64,000 bases of DNA from the NCBI GenBank assembly GCA_963675665.1, contig OY776510.1, positions 1,344,001 through 1,408,000 of the forward strand, in the 5' to 3' direction. This document shows, piece after piece, positions 38,615 through 48,805 of the stretch. This DNA comes from Spirochaetia bacterium (GTDB lineage Bacteria; Spirochaetota; Spirochaetia; UBA9216). The position numbers and the translations under genes are program-made. The notes below the pieces were generated by a model. It ran no database searches and was not told the origin of the DNA. It saw only the letters and a program-made list of their open reading frames with translations. Every line of letters begins with the position of its first letter. The first letter of the stretch is position 1.

Positions 38615-39586
38615 GGAGGAAAAAAATGAAAAGAACTGTAGTGTTAATTCTTACAGTGCTGATGCTTGCATCAGGAATGGTGTTTGCAGGTGGACAGCAG
38701 GAAGCAGCGGCAGGCAGCGATGTATTTCGCGTAGCCGTATCGTTTCCGCCGGCAAACAACGCATGGCAGGCAAAGATGCTTGATTCAGCATTGGACGAAG
38801 CAGCAAAAGACGTAGGCGAATTTCATTTCGTAATCAAGAACGCAGTAGACGATGCCGACCAGCTGAACATTCTGACTACATTCATGCAGGACGATTACGA
38901 CATGATAATCTGTCTGCCCGGAAACGGCACCCTGATGACCCCGATCTGTGAAGAGATCTATGACGCCGGAATACAGCTGATGATAGTAGACCGCCCGATC
39001 GAAAGCGACAAGTATACAGTACTTATCGGCGGCGACAACTACCTCTGCGGCTCAAATGCGGCGAAATATCTCGGCGACAGGCTTGGAGGCAAGGGCGACA
39101 TAGCGATACTGAGAAGTTATGTGGGAATACCTATCGACCTCGACAGATACAACGGTTTCATGGACGTAATCAAGAAAGACTATCCCGGAATCAAGGTAAT
39201 AGTAGAAGCTGACGGCGAGTTCAACCAGGATGCGGGCCTGAATGCGATGAGCAACATACTTCCTGCATACCCGAAAATTGATGCAGTATACTGCCAGGAC
39301 GACGAATCTGCAGTAGGAGCAATCACAGCTATAGAGAATGCCGGCAGAACTGATATCCAGTTTGTAACGGGATTCGGCGGTTCAAAGGCTGCATACAAGC
39401 TTCTTCAGGAAGGCAATCCGATTTTCGGCGCATCAATGTCATACTGGCCTACAATGGGCGGAAGAGCGCTTGCGCTGGCAAAATCAATACTTCGCGGCGA
39501 ATCGTATGAAAAGGTCAACTATGATCCTACATATGCCGTAACAAAAGACAATGTAGGAAAATTCCTGCAGCACTCATACTAGGATT
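38615..39586 (+). repeat. Near-identical direct repeat of about 970 bp, copy 1
   Basis: Matches 45724-46695 from the SD to just past the stop codon. Confidence 0.95.
38626..39582 (+). CDS. Sugar ABC transporter substrate-binding protein, copy 1
   Basis: Signal peptide VFAGGQQE, periplasmic binding protein fold motifs (VDR, GGDN, QDD). Confidence 0.92.
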   Translation: MKRTVVLILTVLMLASGMVFAGGQQEAAAGSDVFRVAVSFPPANNAWQAKMLDSALDEAAKDVGEFHFVIKNAVDDADQLNILTTFMQDDYDMIICLPGNGTLMTPICEEIYDAGIQLMIVDRPIESDKYTVLIGGDNYLCGSNAAKYLGDRLGGKGDIAILRSYVGIPIDLDRYNGFMDVIKKDYPGIKVIVEADGEFNQDAGLNAMSNILPAYPKIDAVYCQDDESAVGAITAIENAGRTDIQFVTGFGGSKAAYKLLQEGNPIFGASMSYWPTMGGRALALAKSILRGESYEKVNYDPTYAVTKDNVGKFLQHSY

Positions 39587-39602
39587 TCCTGGATAAACAT
39601 CG

Positions 39603-39635
39603 ACAGCCGCTTATTGATAAGCGGCTGTTTTTTTT
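39603..39635 (+). terminator. Rho-independent terminator
   Basis: ACAGCCGCTTAT/ATAAGCGGCTGT stem followed by a T run. Confidence 0.85.
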
Positions 39636-39748
39636 GGGAAAGGACTGCCGTCAGTTACGCAGTATTGAATCAGCGCTTATAATAATGCCCGGATAAAAAA
39701 AGACTGCCCGCATTCACACGGGCAGCCGGAAATGTAACAAGGAAAGAA

Positions 39749-40810
39749 TTAAAGATCCTGTTCTTTGGTTCCCTCAACCGGTGAAATGAAGATCTTGATA
39801 AGGTCACGGTCTTTCTGAAGCATCAGTAAAGCTTCCTCAAGTTTCTCAAGAGGCATTATTTTTGAGAATAACGGATCCGGTTTGATTCTGCCGTTGGATA
39901 GAAGTGTAATAGAATCGGTCCAGTCTTCGCCGTAACCCGCGCAGGAGCTTACTATTTTCTGTTCGCTGAGGACAAAATCAGCTGTTTTCAGGGGTAATAC
40001 ATCATCCGGAGCAGTTATTCCGAATGCAGCAAGCGTTCCTCCGGGACGGAGCATCTCTATTGCCTGGACGTATGTGGCGGGTTTGCCGACGGCTTCAATA
40101 ACACAGTCTGCCCCGCGGCCGCCTGTCAGTTCCTTTACTCTTGCTGCCGGGTCAGGATAATCCTCCAGGCAGATAGTGATGTCAGCGCCCATTTCTTTTG
40201 CAATCTTCAGACGCCGCCTGTTGTGCCCGATAACCATTACCGGGGCTGCTCCGCGTGTTTTCGCAACAGCTGCATGAAGACTTCCAAGGCCGGAGCCCAG
40301 AATGGCCACGCTGCTGCCTACAGGGAAGTCCATAGCCTTTAGAGAGTGAACAACACATGATGTCGGTTCGATAAAAGCTGCATGAACAAGATCCATATTA
40401 TCCGGGATATGATGGCATAGATTCCATGATGCGGCTACATATTCTGCAAAAGTACCGTCCATATGGATGCCGAGCTGGCGGAACTCCGGACAAATTAATG
40501 TCAGACCCTTTTTGCAGTAGAAACAGTGACCGCAGCCGATATTTATATCAGCCGTTACCTTGTCTCCGATATTAAACCCTATAGCATTGGCCCCTGTTTC
40601 CGCCACGGTACCGGAGAATTCGTGACCGGCTATCATAGGCAATTTGTCGGCAGAATATTTTCCTGTATATATGCTCCAGTCCGTTCCGCATATGCCTGTA
40701 TATTCAACTTTTATCAAAATCTGATCATCGGTAATCTGCGGAATTGGAACTTCCCTGATACTGATTTTTCTTACAGCCTCAAATACTGCGGCCCGCATGG
40801 TTCCTTTCAT
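39749..40810 (-). CDS. Zinc-dependent alcohol/polyol dehydrogenase
   Basis: GICGTD, GHE, CGHCFYC..C. Confidence 0.9.
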   Translation of the reverse strand: MKGTMRAAVFEAVRKISIREVPIPQITDDQILIKVEYTGICGTDWSIYTGKYSADKLPMIAGHEFSGTVAETGANAIGFNIGDKVTADINIGCGHCFYCKKGLTLICPEFRQLGIHMDGTFAEYVAASWNLCHHIPDNMDLVHAAFIEPTSCVVHSLKAMDFPVGSSVAILGSGLGSLHAAVAKTRGAAPVMVIGHNRRRLKIAKEMGADITICLEDYPDPAARVKELTGGRGADCVIEAVGKPATYVQAIEMLRPGGTLAAFGITAPDDVLPLKTADFVLSEQKIVSSCAGYGEDWTDSITLLSNGRIKPDPLFSKIMPLEKLEEALLMLQKDRDLIKIFISPVEGTKEQDL

Positions 40811-40831
40811 GTTATTTCCTCCATAGTGCCG

Positions 40832-41794
40832 TTAATTAAACAGCGCGTCGTTTCTGCCTTCATAAGGTTTGTTGATAATCAAAGGTTTAAGATAGGCAAT
40901 TGTTTTTGCAATGCCGTCTTCCCTGCTCATTGTAACATCTTCATGTTCGTAACTCATTACATAATCGTATCCTATCATGGATAATTCGGTAATAACCTTT
41001 TTCCATGGAACAGACCCCCAACCGGGAATCCGGAACCTGAATCCGCGGCCCAGTCGCTGCCAGTCCCCCTGGGGGATAACACCGGAGTTTTTAACATTGT
41101 GACTTACTACTTCGCCGTCTTTTGCATGTACGTGGTAAATCCGTCCTGCAAGTCTATTGATAAAGTTTTCTACATCAATTCCTAGATAAATCAGGTTTGC
41201 AGGATCAAAATTGAAACCCCAGGCAGGATGCCCGTCAACAAGTTCGACTGATCTGAGTGCTGTGTCGATATCGTAAACCAGCTGGTTCGGGTGTGGTTCA
41301 TGAGCGAATTTTACTCCGTATTCCTGGTATTTATCCAGAATCCGGCCCCACCGATCAGTAAACTCCTGCTCCATTTCCGCCCATCCCTTTGAATATGGAA
41401 ACGGGAAAAAACGTCCGAAGTTTTCGCATCCTATAAAACCGCAGACAACAGGCACTTCAAGAGCGTTTGCAGCTTCTGCAGTTTTTATTATGCGTTCGGT
41501 TCCGAACGCTATTCTTTCTTCTTTTGTTCCGGGACAAATCCATTCAGTGTCGCGTCCGTAAGGGCCGAGAACCAGCAGGGATTCAGTGTGGTTGCTTAGT
41601 GCCGAGATGGTAAGTCCGTATTTTAATACTGTTTTTTTGATGCTGTTTACGTTGAGATTGTCCGAATCCAGATGTGTATTTCCTTCTTTAAACGCAGGGA
41701 TTTCAACTGCTTCATATCCGTAATCCGCAGCTTTTTTGCAGACGTTTTCAAATGAATCATCCAAATAAGTGGCTGTGAACAAGCCTATCTTCAT
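40832..41794 (-). CDS. Sugar phosphate isomerase/epimerase (IolE/YcjR-like TIM barrel)
   Basis: EPHP, NFDP, HVHAKD, FRIPGWG, SYEHED. Confidence 0.87.
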   Translation of the reverse strand: MKIGLFTATYLDDSFENVCKKAADYGYEAVEIPAFKEGNTHLDSDNLNVNSIKKTVLKYGLTISALSNHTESLLVLGPYGRDTEWICPGTKEERIAFGTERIIKTAEAANALEVPVVCGFIGCENFGRFFPFPYSKGWAEMEQEFTDRWGRILDKYQEYGVKFAHEPHPNQLVYDIDTALRSVELVDGHPAWGFNFDPANLIYLGIDVENFINRLAGRIYHVHAKDGEVVSHNVKNSGVIPQGDWQRLGRGFRFRIPGWGSVPWKKVITELSMIGYDYVMSYEHEDVTMSREDGIAKTIAYLKPLIINKPYEGRNDALFN

Positions 41795-41825
41795 AGTCGC
41801 GCTCCTCTTTTACTGGTTTGTTAAA

Positions 41826-41854
41826 ATGATATAACAACAATAGTTTCGTGTCAA
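41826..41854 (-). promoter_or_regulatory. Sigma70 promoter (minus strand)
   Basis: TTGACA-17 nt-TATCAT on the minus strand. Confidence 0.5.
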
Positions 41855-42007
41855 TGAAAAATGATACAAATATAGAGACAATTCGAGTTAAATCGGGCTA
41901 AATATATCTAAAAATCATAATTTGTATTAAATAAAAGAAATAAATATTGACATAATTAGATTGTGGGGGGTAATATGTAGGTACAAATAAAGCAAAGGGT
42001 TGGAATA

Positions 42008-42703
42008 ATGACAGACAATATGGCAGGGCTTTCCTCCGGAGCGCTTGCAAGAATGATTGATATAAGCGCAGTGCAGGCTTTTCATGGAAAAAAAGAGATC
42101 GATGAACTGATAGACTATGCTGTAAAATATAATTTTATTTCAGTTCATACGCTGCCGTCCTGGACAGCATACTTAAGTGAAAGGCTGGCTGCTTATCCGG
42201 ATATCCTTGTCGGAGCTCCGGTAGGATTTCCTTCCGGCGGGTCCCGTACTGAAATCAAGCTCAGGGAAGCCGAATATCTTCTTGAAGACGGTGTTCAGGA
42301 AATGGATATGGTTATAAATATCGGGAAGTTACGGTCTGAGGATTTTTCATATGTGAGATCTGAAATCAAAATGGTAAGGAAGCTTACCAGAGGCGTTCCT
42401 CTGAAAATAATCCTTGAGATTCATCACCTGACGGATACCCAGATAAAGAAAGCATGTGAAATATGTATAGAGGAAGAAGCCGATTTTGTTAAAACAGGAA
42501 CGGGATGGGCGCCCACCGGGGCGACAGTTGAAGCTGTCAGAAAGATTAAGGATATAGTGGGAGATGCTATTAAAATCAAAGCCTCCGGCGGTATCAGGGA
42601 CTTGGAATCGCTAATGGAAATGTATGAAATCGGAGTAGAACGTTTCGGAATTAACGTACAAACTTCAATTGAAATTATTAAAAAGGCAGGCGGTGCTCTG
42701 TGA
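42008..42703 (+). CDS. deoC: Deoxyribose-phosphate aldolase family protein
   Basis: VGFPSG, EMDMVINIG, LKIILE, FVKTGTG, IKASGGIR. Confidence 0.88.
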   Translation: MTDNMAGLSSGALARMIDISAVQAFHGKKEIDELIDYAVKYNFISVHTLPSWTAYLSERLAAYPDILVGAPVGFPSGGSRTEIKLREAEYLLEDGVQEMDMVINIGKLRSEDFSYVRSEIKMVRKLTRGVPLKIILEIHHLTDTQIKKACEICIEEEADFVKTGTGWAPTGATVEAVRKIKDIVGDAIKIKASGGIRDLESLMEMYEIGVERFGINVQTSIEIIKKAGGAL

Positions 42704-44220
42704 TACTTTCATTTGACCTGGGAACAGGCGGCGCCAAGATCTGTGTTTACACTGAAAACGGTGAACTTCATTCAAAAACATTTAAAGCTTATGAAACGGC
42801 GTATCCTGCGGAGAGGTTTCATGTTCAGAATCCTGAAGACTGGTGGAAGGCTGTAGCGGAAGGTGTTTCGGAGTTGACCGTTAAAAATTCTTCCCTGAAG
42901 GTGAATATACGTTCCATAGCAATCTCGGGGCACAGTATGGCTGTAGTTCCGCTGGATGCGCAGGGAAATCTTGTATTTAATGATGTTCCAATTTGGTCTG
43001 ATACAAGAGCTGCGTCACAGGTAATGGAGTTTTTCAGTAAAACAGATAAAGAGGAATGGTATAAAAATACAGGCAACGGATTTTCACCCGAATGCTATTC
43101 CATCTTTAAAATAATGTGGTACAAGGAAAACCGCCCCGAGGCTTTTTCAAAAATCAGAACAATTCTTGGTTCAAAGGATTATATTAATTTTCTGCTTACG
43201 GGAAATATTGCAACCGATTATTCATATGCATCGGGTACCGGGACTTACAGTCTGAAGAAGAGACAGTATTTAACAGAATATTTCAGTACAGCCGGGGTTG
43301 AGCCGTCCATTGTTCCGAACCCGGGACCGTCCCATGAGTTGATAGGCAGGCTTCTTCCTTCGGTTGCAGAGCAGCTTGGCCTGCACCGGAAAGTGGAGGT
43401 ATATTGCGGCGGCGTGGATAATTCATGCATGGCGTTAGGAGCCCGAAACACCTCTGATGGAAGCGCCTATCTTTCTCTGGGGTCTTCAGCGTGGATAGCA
43501 GTATCTTCTGCCGAACCGGTTATTGACAATAAGATAAAGCCGTTTATTTTTGATCACGTAATACCGGATATGTACACATCTGCAACTTCCATTTTTTCTG
43601 CCGGCAGTTCTTTAAAGTGGTTCAGGCAGAATATTGCGTTCGGCCTGGAATCACTCGCAGAATCAGGAGATATGGATATATATGATCTGATTACGGAAAA
43701 GGCCGCCGAGAGCAGCCCCGGTGCAAACGGTTTGCTCTTTAACCCGACGCTGGCGGGTTCTCCTGAAGCAAGTGAGTATTCAGACATAACAGGGGCTTTT
43801 CTGAATATCCGGCTGGGCAGCCGTTTTGAGGACATGTGCCGTTCGGTTCTTGAAGGAATAACATATGAATTGAATGCAATGTGGATAAGATTGAATGAAT
43901 TATGCAGCCTGTCGAATGAAGTGGTAATAGTCGGTGGCGGCAGCAAAAGCGCATTCTGGCGCCGGATGTTTGCTGATGTTTTCAACTGCGATTTCAAAAG
44001 GATCAGTACCGACCAGGACGCTGCAGCTCTGGGTGCGGCGGCCATAGCCGCAGTAGGTTCCGGTGCATGGAGCAGTTATTCTGAAATTGAAAACGTAATA
44101 CATGATGTTGAATCAATGAGCCCTTCGGACGAAAAAGTCGGGTTATATAAGGATTATTATAAAAAATACAGCGCAACATGGAAAATGCTGTCTGAAATAG
44201 GGAAAGTTGTAAATGACTAA
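42700..44220 (+). CDS. FGGY carbohydrate kinase
   Basis: DLGTGG, IWSDTRA, GGVDN, SVLEG, GGGSKS. Confidence 0.9.
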   Translation: MILSFDLGTGGAKICVYTENGELHSKTFKAYETAYPAERFHVQNPEDWWKAVAEGVSELTVKNSSLKVNIRSIAISGHSMAVVPLDAQGNLVFNDVPIWSDTRAASQVMEFFSKTDKEEWYKNTGNGFSPECYSIFKIMWYKENRPEAFSKIRTILGSKDYINFLLTGNIATDYSYASGTGTYSLKKRQYLTEYFSTAGVEPSIVPNPGPSHELIGRLLPSVAEQLGLHRKVEVYCGGVDNSCMALGARNTSDGSAYLSLGSSAWIAVSSAEPVIDNKIKPFIFDHVIPDMYTSATSIFSAGSSLKWFRQNIAFGLESLAESGDMDIYDLITEKAAESSPGANGLLFNPTLAGSPEASEYSDITGAFLNIRLGSRFEDMCRSVLEGITYELNAMWIRLNELCSLSNEVVIVGGGSKSAFWRRMFADVFNCDFKRISTDQDAAALGAAAIAAVGSGAWSSYSEIENVIHDVESMSPSDEKVGLYKDYYKKYSATWKMLSEIGKVVND

Positions 44221-44271
44221 TTTATTCAGAGACCTATTCGGTGTTGTCTGTGAACTGATGGAGGAAACATC

Positions 44272-45513
44272 ATGAGTTATAAAGATACTTTAATGGAACC
44301 TGTTAAAATCGGGAGCCGTGTTTGTAAAAACCGTTTTTTTATACAGGCAATGGAATGCAACGATGAGGATGAGAACGGAAATCCTTCCGAACTGACATAT
44401 AATCGGTATAAAAAGCTGATGGAAGGTCAGGCCGGGCTTGTTTCTCTTGAAGCAATAACAATAACAAGAGAAAGCCGAAGCCGTGATAATCAGCTTACGA
44501 TTATGGAATCAAACAGGGATGCTCTCGGAAAATTTGTCAATGAAGTTAAAAGTGTAAATCCCGATTCTCTGTTTATTTTTCAGCTCACCCATTCCGGTGA
44601 ATTGTCGAGCCCGGAATTCTCACGAAGGGTGACGGTGAATCCGCTGTACGGATACGGAGGCGACCTTCTTGAAGAAGCTGATATTGAGAGATTTATGGAT
44701 CAGTTTGTGCTTGCAGCAAAGATAACACATGATGCCGGGGCAGATGGAATTGATTTGAAACTCTGTCACGGGTACCTCGGCTCTCAGATTCTCAGGCCTT
44801 ATAATGATCGTAAATGGAAATACGGCGGCTCATGGGAGAACCGCAGCAGGTTCGCATTTGAATTGACCGAAAGAATATCAAGAGAAGTGAACGATAAAAA
44901 CTTCCTGATCGGTTCAAAAATCTCTGCCTGGGAAGGTTTTCCCGGCGGATTCGGAACAGACGGACCTGATTCTCCGATTATTGATCTCAGAGAACCGATA
45001 GCCTTACTGAAAGGTCTTGAGGAACGCGGAGCACAGTATTTTATCCAGTCGGCAGGAAGCCCGTCAATTACTATCAGCCTGACGCAGGCGGATAAATATC
45101 ATCCGTATTTTGCTTACCTTCATCAGTATTTCGCCAAAGAGATGAAAGCGCAGCTTAACCCCGGGACAGTTTTGATAGGATCGAATTTCTCGCTTTTCAG
45201 GGACGGAAAGAACGGCTTATGCGCTGTAAGTCCCGAAAAGAGTTCATTGCTGAATTACGGAGCACAATGTGTAGAGCGCGGAGTTGTAGATATGATAGGC
45301 CTTGGGCGCCAGTCACTTGCTGATCCGCTCCTGCCGTTGAAACTTGAGGAAGGTCGCGAGGATGAAATCAAGTATTGTGTCGGCTGCGACAATTGTCTTG
45401 AATTACTAATCCGGCAGAGCAAAGTAGGCTGCAGTACCTTCAACAGGTATTATACGGATATTCTCAGAAAAACCAGGGAAGAGAAAGGAAAGCTTGTAAT
45501 AAAGCATACCTAA
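44272..45513 (+). CDS. NADH:flavin oxidoreductase (old yellow enzyme family) with C-terminal Cys cluster
   Basis: KNRF, QLTHSG, HGYL, YGGSWENRSRF, GRQSLADP, CVGCDNC..C. Confidence 0.85.
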   Translation: MSYKDTLMEPVKIGSRVCKNRFFIQAMECNDEDENGNPSELTYNRYKKLMEGQAGLVSLEAITITRESRSRDNQLTIMESNRDALGKFVNEVKSVNPDSLFIFQLTHSGELSSPEFSRRVTVNPLYGYGGDLLEEADIERFMDQFVLAAKITHDAGADGIDLKLCHGYLGSQILRPYNDRKWKYGGSWENRSRFAFELTERISREVNDKNFLIGSKISAWEGFPGGFGTDGPDSPIIDLREPIALLKGLEERGAQYFIQSAGSPSITISLTQADKYHPYFAYLHQYFAKEMKAQLNPGTVLIGSNFSLFRDGKNGLCAVSPEKSSLLNYGAQCVERGVVDMIGLGRQSLADPLLPLKLEEGREDEIKYCVGCDNCLELLIRQSKVGCSTFNRYYTDILRKTREEKGKLVIKHT

Positions 45514-45723
45514 CGAATGTGTCGGGAGACCGACACATTCGTTTTGGAGTTTTTCACTTTATGAAAAACTCCACAGACCAAAATGAAAAATAGGGCTTTT
45601 TGGTCTTGGAGTTTCAGCGCTTTGCGCTGAAACGTCCACAGATAGTCACCTTTTATATAAACATAGGGTGGAACGCCGATTGGGTAATGCCTGTCGGTAG
45701 AAAATAAAGAAACCAAATTATAT

Positions 45724-46695
45724 GGAGGAAAAAAATGAAAAGAACTGTAGTGCTAATTCTTACAGTGCTGATGCTTGCATCAGGAATGGTGTTTGCAGGT
45801 GGACAGCAGGAAGCAGCGGCAGGCAGCGATGTATTTCGCGTAGCCGTATCGTTTCCGCCGGCAAACAACGCATGGCAGGCAAAGATGCTTGATTCAGCAT
45901 TGGACGAAGCAGCAAAAGACGTAGGCGAATTTCATTTCGTAATCAAGAACGCAGTAGATGATGCCGACCAGCTGAACATTCTGACTACATTCATGCAGGA
46001 TGATTATGACATGATAATCTGTCTGCCCGGAAACGGCACCCTGATGACCCCGATCTGTGAAGAGATCTATGACGCCGGAATACAGCTGATGATAGTAGAC
46101 CGCCCGATTGAAAGCGACAAGTATACAGTACTTATCGGCGGCGACAACTACCTCTGCGGCTCAAATGCGGCGAAATATCTCGGCGACAGGCTTGGAGGCA
46201 AGGGCGACATAGCGATACTGAGAAGTTATGTGGGAATACCTATCGACCTCGACAGATACAACGGTTTCATGGACGTAATCAAGAAAGACTATCCCGGAAT
46301 CAAGGTAATAGTAGAAGCTGACGGCGAGTTCAACCAGGATGCGGGCCTGAATGCGATGAGCAACATACTTCCTGCATACCCGAAAATTGATGCAGTATAC
46401 TGCCAGGACGACGAATCTGCAGTAGGAGCAATCACAGCTATAGAGAATGCCGGCAGAACTGATATCCAGTTTGTAACGGGATTCGGCGGTTCAAAGGCTG
46501 CATACAAGCTTCTTCAGGAAGGCAATCCGATTTTCGGCGCATCAATGTCATACTGGCCTACAATGGGCGGAAGAGCACTTGCGCTGGCAAAATCAATACT
46601 TCGCGGCGAATCGTATGAAAAGGTCAACTATGATCCTACATATGCCGTAACAAAAGACAATGTAGGAAAATTCCTGCAGCACTCATACTAGGATC
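45724..46695 (+). repeat. Near-identical direct repeat of about 970 bp, copy 2
   Basis: Matches 38615-39586. Confidence 0.95.
45735..46691 (+). CDS. Sugar ABC transporter substrate-binding protein, copy 2 (identical protein)
   Basis: Translation identical to 38626-39582. Confidence 0.92.
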   Translation: MKRTVVLILTVLMLASGMVFAGGQQEAAAGSDVFRVAVSFPPANNAWQAKMLDSALDEAAKDVGEFHFVIKNAVDDADQLNILTTFMQDDYDMIICLPGNGTLMTPICEEIYDAGIQLMIVDRPIESDKYTVLIGGDNYLCGSNAAKYLGDRLGGKGDIAILRSYVGIPIDLDRYNGFMDVIKKDYPGIKVIVEADGEFNQDAGLNAMSNILPAYPKIDAVYCQDDESAVGAITAIENAGRTDIQFVTGFGGSKAAYKLLQEGNPIFGASMSYWPTMGGRALALAKSILRGESYEKVNYDPTYAVTKDNVGKFLQHSY

Positions 46696-46710
46696 TGTTA
46701 TGAATTTTTA

Positions 46711-46750
46711 AAAATGGTAAATGGCGGTTGCGGCCGTCATTTACCATTTT
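46711..46750 (+). terminator. Long stem-loop after binding-protein copy 2
   Basis: AAAATGGTAAATGGCGG / CCGTCATTTACCATTTT. Confidence 0.7.
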
Positions 46751-46795
46751 GGAGAAAGAAAGTATATTATTGGCAGTTAAGTTAAAGGTAGTGTC

Positions 46796-47536
46796 ATGGC
46801 CGGTGAAAACAAACCATTGTATTCAAGAATAGAAGAAGCAGTTAAAGAACAGATAAAGAAAGGTGTTTATAAGCCCGGAGAATTGCTTCCGACAGAAGAA
46901 GAATTTACAAAACAATATAATGCCAGCAGGACTACTGTCCGTGCCGCCCTTTCAAATCTTGAAAAGCAGGGTTATGTCTGGAGAAAGCAGGGGAAGGGCT
47001 CTGTTGTAAAAGAGCTTAAATCCGCCCAGAATTTGAATTATCTCAGTTCATTGACAGAATCGCTTGAAGCCCGCGGAATGCGTGTTACAACGGGAATGCT
47101 GTCTATTGCGGAAGTTGTGCCTCCGCAGAAAGTCAGGGATGAAATAGATATAAACGAGGGCGACAAGGTTTTCTGTCTCCAGCGCACACGAATTGCAGAT
47201 GATATTCCCGTAGCTTATGTAAACAACTATATAATAAAATCAATAGCTCCCGACCTGAATACGAAGAAAGAGCTGCTTGAGGTTCACGGGTTATATAACG
47301 TTCTTGAAACAGAATACGGACTTGAAATAGAAAGCTGTATCGAGACAATAAATACATATATCAGCGGGCCCATGGAAATTGAACTTCTGCAGCTTGACAA
47401 GCAGCAGGCTCTTTTTCTCAGTAAACGGATAACGAAGCTTTCCGACGGCAGAATATTCGAATATGTAACCTCAATGATACGCGGGGACATGCACCAGTAT
47501 ACTGTTTTCCTGAAAGACAGGAGAAGTTTTGAGTAA
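46796..47536 (+). CDS. GntR family (HutC/UTRA) regulator
   Basis: PLY, LPTE, SRTTVRAAL, GKGS. Confidence 0.92.
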   Translation: MAGENKPLYSRIEEAVKEQIKKGVYKPGELLPTEEEFTKQYNASRTTVRAALSNLEKQGYVWRKQGKGSVVKELKSAQNLNYLSSLTESLEARGMRVTTGMLSIAEVVPPQKVRDEIDINEGDKVFCLQRTRIADDIPVAYVNNYIIKSIAPDLNTKKELLEVHGLYNVLETEYGLEIESCIETINTYISGPMEIELLQLDKQQALFLSKRITKLSDGRIFEYVTSMIRGDMHQYTVFLKDRRSFE

Positions 47537-47553
47537 AGACAGTTTCCTGTTGT

Positions 47554-48636
47554 TTATAGTTTAACAGGGCCTCCCGACTCGGCAGAACTATAGAGCCCGT
47601 CAACAATCTTCATAAGTATGCATGCCTGTTCCGGCGTATTAAACGGTTTTTCTTCACCCTTGGCGGCCATAATAAAATTGGCAGCGTTTCGTACTCTGCC
47701 CATCGTCGAATCCGGTTCGGTAACAATCTTTCGATTAACAGGCAGTCCGTTTTCATGGGTATATAATTCGCATATATCAATTGATGTATTATCAATACCG
47801 TCTTCCTGAAACTGCCGTTCAACAAGGCCTCCGGCTTTATCTCCCTGAAATGTAACATGGCATTTCTCATTTTTGTTCATTTCCGCCCACGAGCTTCTTA
47901 AAAAAAGAACCTGACCGCTTTTAAACTTAACAAAAGCATGGCTTGCGGTTTCCACATTATTTATACCTTTCTCATTGTCCGGAATTCCCCAGGGCCCTTT
48001 AAAGGTTTTATCTGATGAGAAATCAGAAAATGTAGCGGCAAGTATATATTCAGGTTCCGGAAAATCCATGAAGGAAAGGGCCAGATCCGCCATATGCAGA
48101 AGATCAATTACCGGCCCCCCGCCGGATAGTTCTTTATTTGTAAACCAGCTTCCGAATCCCGGAATCCCCGTCCTTCGTGTCCATTCAGCCTGCGCCGAGT
48201 TTATTCTGCCGACGGTGCCGTCCTTTATATATTTGGACATGGCAATTGAATCGGAACGTGCCCGGTTGTTGAAGTTGAACATAAGAATTTTGTCCGCTTT
48301 TTCCGCCGCGTTTTTCATTTGAACCGTCTCTTTATAGTTCAGGGCGGGAGGTTTCTCGCAGAAAACATGAAGTCCGGCGTTCAGGGCTTTTATGGCATAC
48401 TCTTTATGGTATTTATTCGGGGTTATGATTGTTACGGCATCAAGATCTTTTTCCCTGCTCAGCATTTCGTCGACATCTGTGTAGACTGAAGCAATTCCAT
48501 ATTTTTCAGCAAGGGTTTGTGCTGATGCTTTTGTTCTGGAGGTAACTGCAATAATCTTTGCGCCCGCCTGCAGAAATCCCCTGATATGAAAGTCGGCCAT
48601 GCCGCCGGCACCGATAATTCCTGTTTTAACTGACAT
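47554..48636 (-). CDS. Gfo/Idh/MocA oxidoreductase
   Basis: GIIGAGGMA, TPN, CEKPP, RRTGIPGFGSWFT, GGGPVIDL; start ATG 48636 behind GGAGGA. Confidence 0.9.
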   Translation of the reverse strand: MSVKTGIIGAGGMADFHIRGFLQAGAKIIAVTSRTKASAQTLAEKYGIASVYTDVDEMLSREKDLDAVTIITPNKYHKEYAIKALNAGLHVFCEKPPALNYKETVQMKNAAEKADKILMFNFNNRARSDSIAMSKYIKDGTVGRINSAQAEWTRRTGIPGFGSWFTNKELSGGGPVIDLLHMADLALSFMDFPEPEYILAATFSDFSSDKTFKGPWGIPDNEKGINNVETASHAFVKFKSGQVLFLRSSWAEMNKNEKCHVTFQGDKAGGLVERQFQEDGIDNTSIDICELYTHENGLPVNRKIVTEPDSTMGRVRNAANFIMAAKGEEKPFNTPEQACILMKIVDGLYSSAESGGPVKL

Positions 48637-48717
48637 CGAATCCTCCGGTTGATAAATTAAGATAACTATAAGATGAAAACGGGAAGATTGCAAATAATAA
48701 AAAACGATAATAAACGA

Positions 48718-48733
48718 TAGCAAACGCTTGCTA
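48718..48733. promoter_or_regulatory. LacI-type operator between divergent genes
   Basis: TAGCAAACGCTTGCTA near-palindrome with central CG. Confidence 0.5.
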
Positions 48734-48805
48734 AATGAGAACAAACAGTTGTATAATACCTTATCCGGCTTTGTAAAAGCATTATTTTTTATTCAGGAGT
48801 TTGAT

